A stretch of 64,000 nt of DNA, taken from an uncultured delta proteobacterium. Its GTDB lineage: Bacteria > Desulfobacterota > Binatia > Binatales > Binataceae. The stretch is from positions 64,039-128,038 of the forward strand of contig CAVXXK010000015.1 of NCBI GenBank assembly GCA_963765675.1. Reading direction: 5' to 3'. Shown piece by piece: positions 29,086-38,812 of the stretch; the stretch's first letter is position 1, and each line of letters starts with the position of its first letter. The notes beneath the pieces are model-generated. The model was not told the DNA's origin and did no database searches. It worked only from the letters and a program-made list of their open reading frames with translations. A program made the translations under genes and the position numbers.

Positions 29086-31441
29086 TCACTGTTGATTTAC
29101 AAAACCTGCGAGGGTCACCGAGGCGCTTTGAGTATCACGCGCCGGGCACGCGCGTTTTTCAAAATGACCTGTGATGGTCATGGGCGTGCTCAACGAAGTA
29201 CCTGCCCGTTGCTTCTTGCCCTTGACCCTAACCTCGTAAGTGCAGCTTTCGCCGGGGAGCAACGATTTCTCCGATCGGCAGGTTCCACCAGTTATCGCAA
29301 AGCCGAGGGCTTTTGGATGCGTGATCTTGGCGTGCAGATTGAGCGTACCTGCCCGTTCGTTGTTGGTGACCGTCAGCGGCAGCGTAGTTGAGGCTCCGAC
29401 GTCAATGTTGCCAAATGCCAATGTGCCGGCCGGATTGGTGCTCAGGAAAACATCGGGGGAGCAGACCGGCGTCGCGCTCGGGCTCGGCGTCGGTGTTGGC
29501 GTCGCAGTCGCGGTGGCTGTGGCCGTAGCCGTGGCAGTCGCAGTTGCAGTCATCGTCGCCGTCGCTGTTGCCGTCGCGGTTGCGCTAGTCGTCGCGGTTG
29601 CGGTTGGCGTTGGAGTCGCCGACGACGTTGCGGTCGGAGTCGGAGTTGGAGTTGCGCTTGACGTCGGTGTCGGAGTCGGCGATGCCGCCGCCGGGCAGAA
29701 AGTGATGTTGTAAGAGGGTCCCGTCGAGCCTCCGCTGTTAGCGCATTGATAGCTCCCAGCCTCGTCGTCGTAGGGATAGGTGTATGCGGTGGGGCAGGAG
29801 TTGTGGAACGCGAGGAGGAAATCTCCGATCGAGGTGGTAGGAGCCGGAGAGGCGACTGGCGCGGTGCTTCCCGCAGGCACCTGCTCCCAGTTGATATTGT
29901 CGGCAAGGCACTCTCCGGTAGCCGACCATAACGGGCATCCGCACACTATCCCGGTGTCCTTAATTGACGTTGTCGATCCGTTATACGGAGAGAGGTTGTA
30001 ATAGTTATTGCATCCGTACAGATCGGCCCAGGTTGAGCTCGCGGCGCTGCTATTGGTGCAGGTGCCCGGCGTTCCGGTGCACGAAAAGCCGGAAGGGCAG
30101 TCGCTGTCGCCCTGGCATTCGCACTGGCCGTATGCCTGGCCCGTCGTGGTGGAGCACGTCATCGTTTGCGTGCCGCCAGCATTATATGGGCAATCGGTAT
30201 TCTGCGCGCACAGGAAAGGAACCTGGCTGGTGCAGCCAAGGTCGGTCTGTTGTGTCGAGGTTCCGCTACTGCAGGCCTGCGCGGGAGCCCAACATCCCAC
30301 ACTTCCCGATGAGTCCGTATAAAGGAGGTCGGTAGGGCAAGTACTTAGCAGGTTGAATGAGCAGTAGGTGGTGGGATTGCCGGATGAATCGACTGTTGCT
30401 ACGCCGACCGGTCCGCACTGTTTGGAATTCGAAGAAGAATATGGCGGCGAAAAACTGCCCGCTGCGGGTACGATCGAATAGCCAATATTGAAACCGTTGA
30501 CAGCGCTGGCGTCGTAAAAGTCGGCCGCGCCGGCATTGTAGGTACCGCTTAGCGTTAGCCGGCACCTCCATTGTGAACTCGCCCACATACGCAGGGTTTT
30601 GCGGCCCAACCGGTTGAGATGCGGTCGAGGCGTTACAATCAAGGTTTCCCTGTGACCCGTTGGCAGTACCGCAATTTCCCGTCTGACAAGTCAACTGGTT
30701 GTTGTTGGTGTCTGCGCCCGTACAGTCGGTGCGTCCCCAGAAGAGCCCGCCCCAGGTGAATACTGCTTGGCATTTGCAGTTGTTGTCCGACGAGGTGCAA
30801 AGCCGATTCAATGCAGCTCCGGCCGCGCATGTGTTGCTGACACAATCTGAGTTTTTGGTGCAGGCACCTCCGCTGGCTACGTTTCCTCCCGACGGTCCGG
30901 ACCCTGACTCCGGTCCCTCGGGAACGCAGATTACGGATTGCCCGCCGTTGGCCGGGAGTTGCCACGCGGAGCCGGAACTTGGCGTGGACAGAGATGTAGG
31001 CTCCAGATTTTCGAAATAGCATTCGTTGACGACAGTTCCGCTCGCGTTTTTCTGGGTTGTCGTATTGCAGGCCTGATTCGCTCCGCAATCCGCGGCGGTG
31101 GTACAGACCTCGGTGCAAACATTGTTTACGCAATCCAAATTGGCTGTTGGGTTGCAATCGTCGTCCGTTTTGCAAGCAGTAGTCGATTGCAGTTGCGGGC
31201 TACTTAGATTCTCGCCGAGGTAGATGTCGCTGCTGCAGTCATTGGTGAAACTCAACGTACGATAACCCGCAGGGCAGGCACCGCTGACCGATGGCTGAAC
31301 AGGAGGGGTCGCTGCGGCACTATTCGTCGATGACTTCGCGGCGGCGGTTCTCGTTTGGATAACGCCGATGCCCGTCATCATCGCCACCGCGATCAGCATC
31401 AACCAACCCTTCAACCAGAATTTATGCTTTAAGTTCCTCAC
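29086..31441 (-). pseudogene. Secreted thaumatin-like protein with Thr/Ala linker and Ig-like C-terminal domain; one frameshift at ~30549 (pseudogene or sequencing error)
   Basis: Frame 1: signal peptide, LSFTNDC, FWGRTDC, CQTGNCG, GEFTM. Frame 2: DFYDASAVNGFN, CPTAYTYPYDD, YNITFCP. Removing one base joins them as PANASGTYN. Confidence 0.82.
29465..29690 (-). repeat. Low-complexity Thr-Ala/Pro-Thr coding repeat
   Basis: Degenerate 6-bp repeats encoding PTPT...ATATAT...PTPSP. Confidence 0.85.
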
Positions 31442-31832
31442 AGCCTCTCCTCAGCCCCTCTGGTTTCCCAGGTTGCGCCTGCCCCGATGACAGTCGGTGG
31501 TGCGAATATCGCGCAGTTTTGCGAGAACGGACGAATCCGGACCGGACATCACGCGGCCCTAGAGCAATCGTCATGCCGCTCGGGAAATTGCCTGAAACGT
31601 TGAAGAAGTGCGCGTAGTTTGTTTTTCTTCGCGCTGATTTGCATCTGTTGTTGCGTGGACGCAACCGCGTTTATGTCCCGCGCGCCGGATTTTTGTCGCT
31701 AAGCTCTGTCTGGAACTCGTCACAATCTAGGTCGATCCGGCCTGGTCCGCGCCGAAGCGACAATCGCGTATGAAATGAACCACCGCGCGAAAGCGCCGCG
31801 CCGTTTTTTTCCCGAGCGGACGCTTGCGATTC

Positions 31833-31861
31833 TTGACCGTACATTCTGACAGGATTAATTT
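31833..31861 (+). promoter_or_regulatory. Sigma70-like promoter
   Basis: TTGACC-N17-TAATTT. Confidence 0.5.
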
Positions 31862-31866
31862 CATGT

Positions 31867-31992
31867 TGTTCAGCTTCCGGAGAATCCCATGTTGGTCACC
31901 GGAAAATTACGCCCCCCTTAATCCGGTGAGGGTACTTCGAAATCTGGCAAAAGAGGCCCCATGCTCAAAAAGCATGGGGCCTCTTCCGTTTT
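31867..31992 (+). ncRNA. Candidate small RNA (~125 nt)
   Basis: Promoter upstream; TCACCGGA/TCCGGTGA stem with a C6-containing loop; strong terminal hairpin; no ORF in the track. Confidence 0.4.
31951..31992 (+). terminator. Rho-independent terminator
   Basis: 15-bp perfect stem AAGAGGCCCCATGCT/AGCATGGGGCCTCTT followed by CCGTTTT. Confidence 0.7.
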
Positions 31993-32114
31993 GTGTGGCG
32001 TGATACACTGGCCGGATGAAGAATAATGCGGCGACGGTTCGGTTCGACGATGATCTGAAATCACTGCTCGATCTGAATTGACGCAGTTCTTTTGGGGATT
32101 CGTAACCTCTCGCG

Positions 32115-33134
32115 ATGAAGATCTTCGAACTCGACTACGAGCTCCCGCCCGAGCTGATCGCGCAGCATCCCCTGGCCGAGCGCGACCAGGCTCGGATGCT
32201 CGTGATCAAGCGGCGATCGGCGATGCGCACGCATTCGCGCTTCTACAAGCTTGCCGACCATCTGCGCGAGGGCGACTTGCTCGTCCTCAACGACACTCGC
32301 GTGCTGCCGGCTCGCCTTTACGCGCGCAAGGAATCGGGCGGACGCGTCGAGCTGCTGTTCGTCCGCCCGGTCGCCGATCCCAAGGGCGGATGGATCGCAC
32401 TCGCTCGTGCACCCCGCGGTCTCGGAGTCGGCACGCGGCTGACGGTGGCCGACGCACGCACCTTGAGCATCGCCGCGATTCTGCAAGATCATCGCCTGAT
32501 AATCGTCAGCGAAGACGGCACCCCCGTCGAAGAAGTGTTGAACACAGCCGGGATGCTCGCGCTGCCGCATTATATCCGGCGCGAAGTCGGAGCCTCCGAT
32601 CTTGACGACTATCAGACCGTCTATGCGCACGCGCCGGGCGCGATCGCGGCGCCGACGGCGGGGCTGCATTTCACCGAGCGCGTGTTCACCGATCTGGCGG
32701 CAGCCGGAATCCGCGTCGCGCGGATCACGCTGCATATCGGCCCCGGCACCTTCGCTCCGGTACGCGAAGCGATAGTCGAGGGGCATTCGATGGAAGCCGA
32801 ATGGTTCACGATCGACGCCGCCGCGCGCGAGGCGATCGAGCATACCAAGCGCATGGGCGGCCGGGTTATCGCGGTCGGCACCTCGAGCGTGCGCGCGCTG
32901 GAATCATGGGCAATCACCGGTGAGCCGGAAGGCGCCACCGGCCTCTTCATCATGCCGGGATTTCGCTTCAAACTGGTGGATGCGATGATCACCAACTTCC
33001 ACATGCCGCGGACTACGGTGCTGGCGCTGGTGATGGCACTGGCCGGCCGTGAGACGATCCTTCAGGCGTACGATGAGGCGATTCGCCACAAATACCGCTT
33101 CCTCAGCTACGGCGACGCGATGCTGATCCTCTGA
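32115..33134 (+). CDS. queA: S-adenosylmethionine:tRNA ribosyltransferase-isomerase
   Basis: LPPELIAQHP, NDTRVLPAR, AAPTAGLHFT, TLHIGPGTF, TNFH, FLSYGDAMLI. Confidence 0.97.
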   Translation: MKIFELDYELPPELIAQHPLAERDQARMLVIKRRSAMRTHSRFYKLADHLREGDLLVLNDTRVLPARLYARKESGGRVELLFVRPVADPKGGWIALARAPRGLGVGTRLTVADARTLSIAAILQDHRLIIVSEDGTPVEEVLNTAGMLALPHYIRREVGASDLDDYQTVYAHAPGAIAAPTAGLHFTERVFTDLAAAGIRVARITLHIGPGTFAPVREAIVEGHSMEAEWFTIDAAAREAIEHTKRMGGRVIAVGTSSVRALESWAITGEPEGATGLFIMPGFRFKLVDAMITNFHMPRTTVLALVMALAGRETILQAYDEAIRHKYRFLSYGDAMLIL

Positions 33135-34270
33135 TGAGCGGGCCGATCCAGTTCAGCGTCGCCGCGTCCGACGGTCTCGCTCGCATCGGCGAGATCGTCA
33201 CCGCGCACGGCGCGATTTCGACGCCCGTCTTCATGCCGGTCGGCACGCGTGCGGCCGTGAAGGCGATGGCGCCCGACGAATTGTGGGGGATGGGATTTCG
33301 GCTGGTGCTCGCCAATGCCTATCATCTGCTGGTGCGTCCCGGTCCCGAGCTGATTCACGAGTTGGGCGGCGTGGCACGCTTCATGGGATTTCCCGGTGCG
33401 ATCCTGACCGACTCCGGTGGCTTTCAAGCGATGAGCCTTGCGAAGATCAACTCGATCGACGAAGGCGGAATTCGCTTTCGCTCTCATCTCGACGGCGCCG
33501 CCGTGACGCTCACGCCCGAGAGCGCGGTCGCGCTGCAAGAGGCGCTCGGCTCGGACATCATGATGTCGCTCGACGAGTGCACGCCGTTTCCCGCCACGCA
33601 CGAACGCGCGCTCAGATCGCTCGAACTCACCGCTAGATGGGCCGAGCGTGGATTACGCGCGCGTCAAAGCGCGACCCAGGCGCTGTTCGGAATCGTGCAG
33701 GGAGGAGTCTATGCCGACTTGCGCCGCACCAGCGCCGCGCAGATCACCGCGCTCGAGTTCGACGGCTTTGCCGCGGGTGGATTGTCAGTCGGCGAGCCCA
33801 AGGATGCCATGTATGAGATGGCGGCGCTCTCCGCCTCGATGCTGCCGGCGGACCGGCCACGCTACCTGATGGGGGTCGGCACGCCGGCCGATCTGCTTGC
33901 CGCGATCGGCATGGGCTTCGATATGTTTGATTGTGTGCTGCCCACCCGCAACGCACGCAACGGGTCTGCCTTCACCAGTGCGGGGCCGCTTTCAATTAAG
34001 CGGGCCGCCTATGCGCGCGACGACCGCCCACTCGACGCCGGATGCGAATGCCGTCCATGCCGGACGCTTTCGCGCGCCTATTTGCGGCATCTATTTTTAT
34101 CCGGCGAGATACTCGCGGCGCGCGCGCTAACGGAGCATAATCTCCACTTCTACGCGCGCTTGATGCAGGGGGCCCAAGCTGCTATCGCATCTCGGACCTT
34201 TGCTGCTTACGCAAATTCAATGACTGCCGGCTTTGCCGCGGAAGAAGCCGCAACGCAAGCCGATGGATGA
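33134..34270 (+). CDS. tgt: tRNA-guanine transglycosylase
   Basis: TPVFMPVGT, TDSGGFQ, GIVQGG, PRYLMGVG, DMFDCVLPTRNARNG, CECRPC Zn site. Confidence 0.97.
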   Translation: MSGPIQFSVAASDGLARIGEIVTAHGAISTPVFMPVGTRAAVKAMAPDELWGMGFRLVLANAYHLLVRPGPELIHELGGVARFMGFPGAILTDSGGFQAMSLAKINSIDEGGIRFRSHLDGAAVTLTPESAVALQEALGSDIMMSLDECTPFPATHERALRSLELTARWAERGLRARQSATQALFGIVQGGVYADLRRTSAAQITALEFDGFAAGGLSVGEPKDAMYEMAALSASMLPADRPRYLMGVGTPADLLAAIGMGFDMFDCVLPTRNARNGSAFTSAGPLSIKRAAYARDDRPLDAGCECRPCRTLSRAYLRHLFLSGEILAARALTEHNLHFYARLMQGAQAAIASRTFAAYANSMTAGFAAEEAATQADG

Positions 34271-34276
34271 GGATTG

Positions 34277-34621
34277 ATGTTTTTCGAGGGAATTGCTTAC
34301 GCACAGACCGCCGCGGCCGGCTCGGGAAATCCCAGCCAGCAGGTCTTCCTGACCACCGTCATCCCGCTCGCGCTGCTGTTTGGAATTTTCTATTTCCTGC
34401 TCATCCGTCCCCAGACGCAGAAGGCCAAGGAGCATGACCGGATGCTCAAGGAGCTGAAGCGCAACGACGAAGTCGTGACCACCGGCGGGCTGATCGGACG
34501 GATCCACGAGCTAGGCGACCGCGTCGTGACCCTCGAGATCGCGAACAACGTGCGTGTACGCGTCGAGCGGCCGCAAATCGCGTCGCTTTCAACCACCGGC
34601 AAGACGGCAAAGAAAGACTAA
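34277..34621 (+). CDS. yajC: Preprotein translocase subunit YajC
   Basis: FYFLLIRPQ, DEVVTTGGLIG; synteny. Confidence 0.96.
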   Translation: MFFEGIAYAQTAAAGSGNPSQQVFLTTVIPLALLFGIFYFLLIRPQTQKAKEHDRMLKELKRNDEVVTTGGLIGRIHELGDRVVTLEIANNVRVRVERPQIASLSTTGKTAKKD

Positions 34622-34674
34622 ATCAAGCCCGCATTCTCATGCGGCGCTTTATCGCAAGGTGATAACCAAATTCC

Positions 34675-36330
34675 GTGGAAGCACAATCATTCGCACCGAT
34701 CCTGATTCTGCTCGCGATTAGCGTCGCGTTTCTCTACCTCCATTTCACTGGAGGCAGCGGACTTATGCGGCTGTACCTGGCCGCGCTGCTGGTCATCGTG
34801 GCGCTGGTCATCATGCTGCCCAGCTTCAATGTTTCGCTTCCGGATTGGTGGACCGGATGGCTCGGCGGCACCAAGATTCAGCTCGGACTCGATCTGCAGG
34901 GCGGGACGCATCTGCTGATGGAAGTGAAGCTGGATGACGCGGTCAAAACCCAACTCCGCCGCCGCACCGACGATATCAAGCGCGAGCTCAAGGACAACAA
35001 GCTCGATCTCGGCGGTATCTCGCAGGACGCCAGCGGCAACCCCGTAGTGAAGCTCAAGAGCAGCGACGAGCGCAGCGCGTTCCTGGACCTGATGTCGAAA
35101 TCGTTTCCCGACCTGCTCGTATCGAGCGTGCCCGATGCGAGCGGGCCAGCCTACAGCATCGCGTTCCGCCCGCGCGATTTGCAGCAGACCAGATCCAATG
35201 CGATGGACCAGGCGCTGGAAACGATTCGCAATCGAATCGATCAGCTGGGCGTGCGCGAGACCACCGTGCAGAAGGAGGGCGAGGACGAGATCCTGGTCCA
35301 GCTTCCCGGTATCCAGGATCCCGAACGCGCCAAGGAGCTGATCGGCAAGACCGCGGTGCTCGAGTTCAAGCTGGTCGACAATACCCACAGCGTGCAGGAC
35401 GCGATCCAGAACGGTCCTCCGCCCGGCGACGAGATTCTGTACGGACCGGTAGATCGCGGCGGAAGAACTCCATACCTGGTCGAGACTCCGGTGCTGGTCA
35501 GCGGCGACGTGGTGACCGACGCGAGCGTGCGTCCGGGCGGCCGCCTGGAGGGTCCTTACGTCTCGGTCGATCTCGACGCGCGCGGTGCGCAGATTTTCGA
35601 CACGATCACCGCGGAGAACGTCGGCCGCGAGCTGGCGATTATCCTCGATGGCACGGTCTACTCCGCGCCGGTGATCAAGGAAAGAATTCCCGGCGGACAC
35701 GTCCAGATAACCGGCCGCTTCTCGTTCGAGGAAGCACACGACCTCGAAATCGTGCTGCGCTCCGGCAGGCTGCCGGCGCCGGTCGAGATCCAAGAAGAGC
35801 GCACGGTGGGACCGTCGCTCGGACGCGACTCGATCAGGCAGGGCGAGATGAGCTTTGTGATCGGCGCGGCGGCCGTACTGATCTTCATGGCCTTCTATTA
35901 CAGCGGCGCGGGAATTCTGGCCGACTTCGGACTCTCGCTCAACATCCTGCTGCTGGTCTGCGTGATGGCTGCGATGCAGGCGACGCTCACGCTGCCCGGG
36001 ATCGCGGGAATCGTGCTGACGCTCGGGATGTCGGTCGACGCCAACGTCCTGGTCAACGAACGAATGCGCGAGGAGCTTCGCAACGGCAAGACCACTCGTG
36101 AAGCCGTCAAGCTAGGCTATCAGCGCGCGTGGTCGGCGATTCGCGATTCCAATATCTCGACCTTTGTCGCCGGGTTGATCCTGTTTCAGTTCGGCACCGG
36201 ACCGGTCAAAGGATTCGCGGTGACGCTGTGCGTCGGCGTTCTGACCGGACTCTTTTCGTGTATCGTCGTGACGCGGGCGTGGTACGACTACCTGATCTCG
36301 ATACGTCGGTTAAATACAATTAGCGTCTAA
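34675..36330 (+). CDS. secD: Protein translocase subunit SecD
   Basis: LGLDLQGG, RNRIDQLGV, ERTVGPSLG, TLTLPGIAG, DANVL, GTGPVKGFA. Confidence 0.96.
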   Translation: MEAQSFAPILILLAISVAFLYLHFTGGSGLMRLYLAALLVIVALVIMLPSFNVSLPDWWTGWLGGTKIQLGLDLQGGTHLLMEVKLDDAVKTQLRRRTDDIKRELKDNKLDLGGISQDASGNPVVKLKSSDERSAFLDLMSKSFPDLLVSSVPDASGPAYSIAFRPRDLQQTRSNAMDQALETIRNRIDQLGVRETTVQKEGEDEILVQLPGIQDPERAKELIGKTAVLEFKLVDNTHSVQDAIQNGPPPGDEILYGPVDRGGRTPYLVETPVLVSGDVVTDASVRPGGRLEGPYVSVDLDARGAQIFDTITAENVGRELAIILDGTVYSAPVIKERIPGGHVQITGRFSFEEAHDLEIVLRSGRLPAPVEIQEERTVGPSLGRDSIRQGEMSFVIGAAAVLIFMAFYYSGAGILADFGLSLNILLLVCVMAAMQATLTLPGIAGIVLTLGMSVDANVLVNERMREELRNGKTTREAVKLGYQRAWSAIRDSNISTFVAGLILFQFGTGPVKGFAVTLCVGVLTGLFSCIVVTRAWYDYLISIRRLNTISV

Positions 36331-36478
36331 TAGCATCATTAAGGATATTAAATCGTAAAACTATCAATCGAGCCCTCGCGGTTGCCGTAACCGAAGCGTA
36401 AACTTGACTTCATCAACCGGGCTGGGTTACAAAGGCCCGTTCCAATCCTAATCATGAAAGGCGTCTTGTTGGACTGAC

Positions 36479-36673
36479 ATGGCCGATAAAGACGACATAC
36501 TACTTAATTCGCGCGAGGTCGCATTCTTGCTCGACCTCAGTCCGGACACGGTAAATGAATTTGCGCGACGGAATATTATTCCGGCGTTCAAGAAGGGGCG
36601 GCAGTGGCGCTTTCGCCGCCGCGATATAGCATCGGTGAAGCGCCAGCTTCGGGGAGTCAACGCGGCCGCGTAA
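36479..36673 (+). CDS. Small excisionase-like HTH DNA-binding protein (HTH_17)
   Basis: LLNSREVAFLLDLSPDTV...IPAFKKGRQWRFRRRDI. Confidence 0.85.
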   Translation: MADKDDILLNSREVAFLLDLSPDTVNEFARRNIIPAFKKGRQWRFRRRDIASVKRQLRGVNAAA

Positions 36674-36771
36674 GCGCGCCGATCTCGTATCAACACGAGC
36701 GAGAGCAACGCCATCGCGTCCGGATCTTGCCATCCGTTTCGCCTCGGCCTGATCAAGGGAAAATTTCGCCA

Positions 36772-37389
36772 ATGGCTGAGCCTCACGAGAGTCGCATCTA
36801 TTCAGACTTCGCCCGTTTCTACGACGCGGTTTTCATCCGCGCTTTCCTGGTCCACGAGCACGAGGTGGTGGAGTCGCTTAATCTGCGGCCCGGCCAGCGC
36901 GTGCTCGAGGTCGGAGTCGGCACCGGGATGTCGCTCGACGCGTTTCCGCCCTACGTTCAGTTGGTCGGGATCGATCCGTCGCAAGCGATGCTCGCGCATG
37001 CGCACGAAAAAATCCGCGAGAACGGATGGCGTCATATCGAGGTCAAGCAGGGCGACGCGCTCAATCTCGAGTTTCCCGACAACAGCTTCGACGACGTGGT
37101 CTCGTTCCACGTAATCACGGTTGTCCCCGATCCAATCAAGATGATGAACGAGATGGTCCGGGTGTGTAAGCCCGGAGGGCGGATCGTGGTGGTCAATCAT
37201 TTTGCCAGTCCCAATCCGATTCTCTATTTTCTCAACACGCTGATAAATCCGCTGACCAAGCTGCTCGGATGGACCACGCGGTTGCGCGCCCGCGACGTGT
37301 TGCACGATCCGAACATCAAGGTGGAAAAGCTCGCCCCGGTCGCCCGCTTCTCGGTCCACGACCTGATAATCGCCCGCAAGCTCGCCTAG
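36772..37389 (+). CDS. SAM methyltransferase, PmtA-like phospholipid N-methyltransferase
   Basis: FYDAVF, VLEVGVGTG, VVPDP, RVCKPGGRIVVVNHF. Confidence 0.8.
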   Translation: MAEPHESRIYSDFARFYDAVFIRAFLVHEHEVVESLNLRPGQRVLEVGVGTGMSLDAFPPYVQLVGIDPSQAMLAHAHEKIRENGWRHIEVKQGDALNLEFPDNSFDDVVSFHVITVVPDPIKMMNEMVRVCKPGGRIVVVNHFASPNPILYFLNTLINPLTKLLGWTTRLRARDVLHDPNIKVEKLAPVARFSVHDLIIARKLA

Positions 37390-37659
37390 CGAGCTCCTTC
37401 GCGAAAGGAGTGCGCGCTTGTTCTTGTTTTGCCTGATTTTGGGCAAGGTAGTGCCTTTGATTTTTTGAAATCGGGCGTTTTGCGGTGGGTTCGTTTGGTA
37501 TCTTTTCTAGTCGCTCGAAAAATAAACTCCTTTAAACCTCTGCCGAATTCGCGACATTGGGTTCGTTTTGGCAGCTTTTTCGGTCATCAATTTTTGGACG
37601 TTCTGACGTGGCGATCCGACCTTGAGGTAGTGCCAACTCATGAGGCTAAGTCGCCGCTG

Positions 37660-37815
37660 GCAGAGCAGCACCCTCATCCGCCCTTCGGGCACCTTCTGGG
37701 GGCCCGGAGGGAGAAGGCATTCGGGCATGTTCTGATCCTTCTCCCTCCGGGAGAAGAGCCTGCCCTGAGCCTGTCGAAGGGTGGCGCGCAGCGCCGGATG
37801 AGGGTGCTGCTCTGC
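37660..37815. repeat. Inverted doublet of CCCTCA/GGGAGA palindromic repeat
   Basis: 21-bp perfect outer IR (37660-37680/37795-37815) and 14-bp inner IR (37704-37717/37737-37750). Confidence 0.8.
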
Positions 37816-38237
37816 TTCCGGGGAACGCGGCCGTCGCCGGTCCGTTCCACTGGCGAAAGGCCCAAACCGAAGCGGTGTAGTGGGCGGGATGCTTCCACGC
37901 GATCACTTTTGCACGAAGCGAATTCCGGCATAAGGCTGAACAGTTCAGCCATGAACAAATCTGGCAAAAACCCGAACGATCGTTAGGCACGGCGAACGCT
38001 TCGAAAAAAACGGCTTTATCCGCGCAAGTCGCTCTGCGCGTGCGCCAACCGACACGTCTGCCACGGCCGGCAGAACAGAGCGACGCCGCAAGGCCGCCCA
38101 CGGAGGCGTGTCACAATATTTGCGAAAAAGGCGGAGACATCGCGCCGCGGCACGCGAGGAACAGGGGGCAGCGAACCTCGCGCCCACCGGCTTTGGCCGG
38201 TGCGGGCCCTGTGCCACCTAGGACTCAATCAGATTTC

Positions 38238-38510
38238 TCAGTAGTGGTATCGCGCTTGCAGGAAATCGATCCGGCCGGTGCTGACCGCATAGACCAGGCG
38301 ATGTTCTTCGGTGATGCGGCGCGACCACGCACCGGCCAGAACGTATTTCAGCGGTTCCGGTTTCCCGACGCCCTGGAACGGATCCCGCATCACGGCTTCG
38401 ACCAGTTCGAGGACTCGCAAAGCCACACGGCGATTGGTATCCACCCAATAGCGCAGGTCCTGGCGAAATTCGGGATGAAAGATCGCGAGCCGCTCAGGCC
38501 TGTTTGCCAA
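38238..38510 (-). CDS. yoeB: Txe/YoeB family toxin
   Basis: PFQGVGKPEPLK, WSRRITEEHRLVY, ARYHY. Confidence 0.95.
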   Translation of the reverse strand: MANRPERLAIFHPEFRQDLRYWVDTNRRVALRVLELVEAVMRDPFQGVGKPEPLKYVLAGAWSRRITEEHRLVYAVSTGRIDFLQARYHY

Positions 38511-38781
38511 GTCCGAACTCGCGCCGGAGCTTATCTACCGTTAGCGGTTTGAGTCGCGTGCCACGCGCGCGCAGCAGCGCGGTTGTCAGCCTGCGGGCGT
38601 TCTTCGGAGAGCGGAGCAAATGCGCGGTTTCGGTCAAGGCTTCGAGCTCGTCAGCCGCGACGATCGCGACGTCCCGCGCGCCGCGCCGATGGATGATCAG
38701 AGCTTCGCGGCTCTCCGCCACTTCATCGCAGAGCGAGGCGAAGTTCGCGCGCGCCTCGGTGTAACTTGTCTCTTTGGACAT
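38494..38781 (-). CDS. yefM: Phd/YefM family antitoxin
   Basis: SYTEARANF, ETAHLLRSPKNARRL; overlaps toxin. Confidence 0.95.
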   Translation of the reverse strand: MSKETSYTEARANFASLCDEVAESREALIIHRRGARDVAIVAADELEALTETAHLLRSPKNARRLTTALLRARGTRLKPLTVDKLRREFGLGKQA

Positions 38782-38791
38782 GATTGTTTTC

Positions 38792-38810
38792 CGTACAGCT
38801 TTTCTGTACA
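38792..38810. promoter_or_regulatory. YefM-type operator (paired TGTACA-like hexamers)
   Basis: CGTACA at 38792 and TGTACA at 38805, just upstream of the yefM start. Confidence 0.65.
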
Positions 38811-38812
38811 TG

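Noticed and set aside
29465-29690. Repetitive tract as possible CRISPR or VNTR
   Set aside because: Degenerate codons of a Thr/Ala/Pro linker; no repeat-spacer structure
36404-36416. TTGACTTCATCAA as an FNR site
   Set aside because: Spacing is one base short of TTGAT-N4-ATCAA; more likely a -35 element
37429-38101. ORFs 37429-37986 and 37646-38101
   Set aside because: Run through palindromic repeats; translations lack protein-like features
36479-38781. Prophage or integrative element (excisionase-like gene plus TA pair)
   Set aside because: No integrase, att repeats, tRNA or phage genes seen
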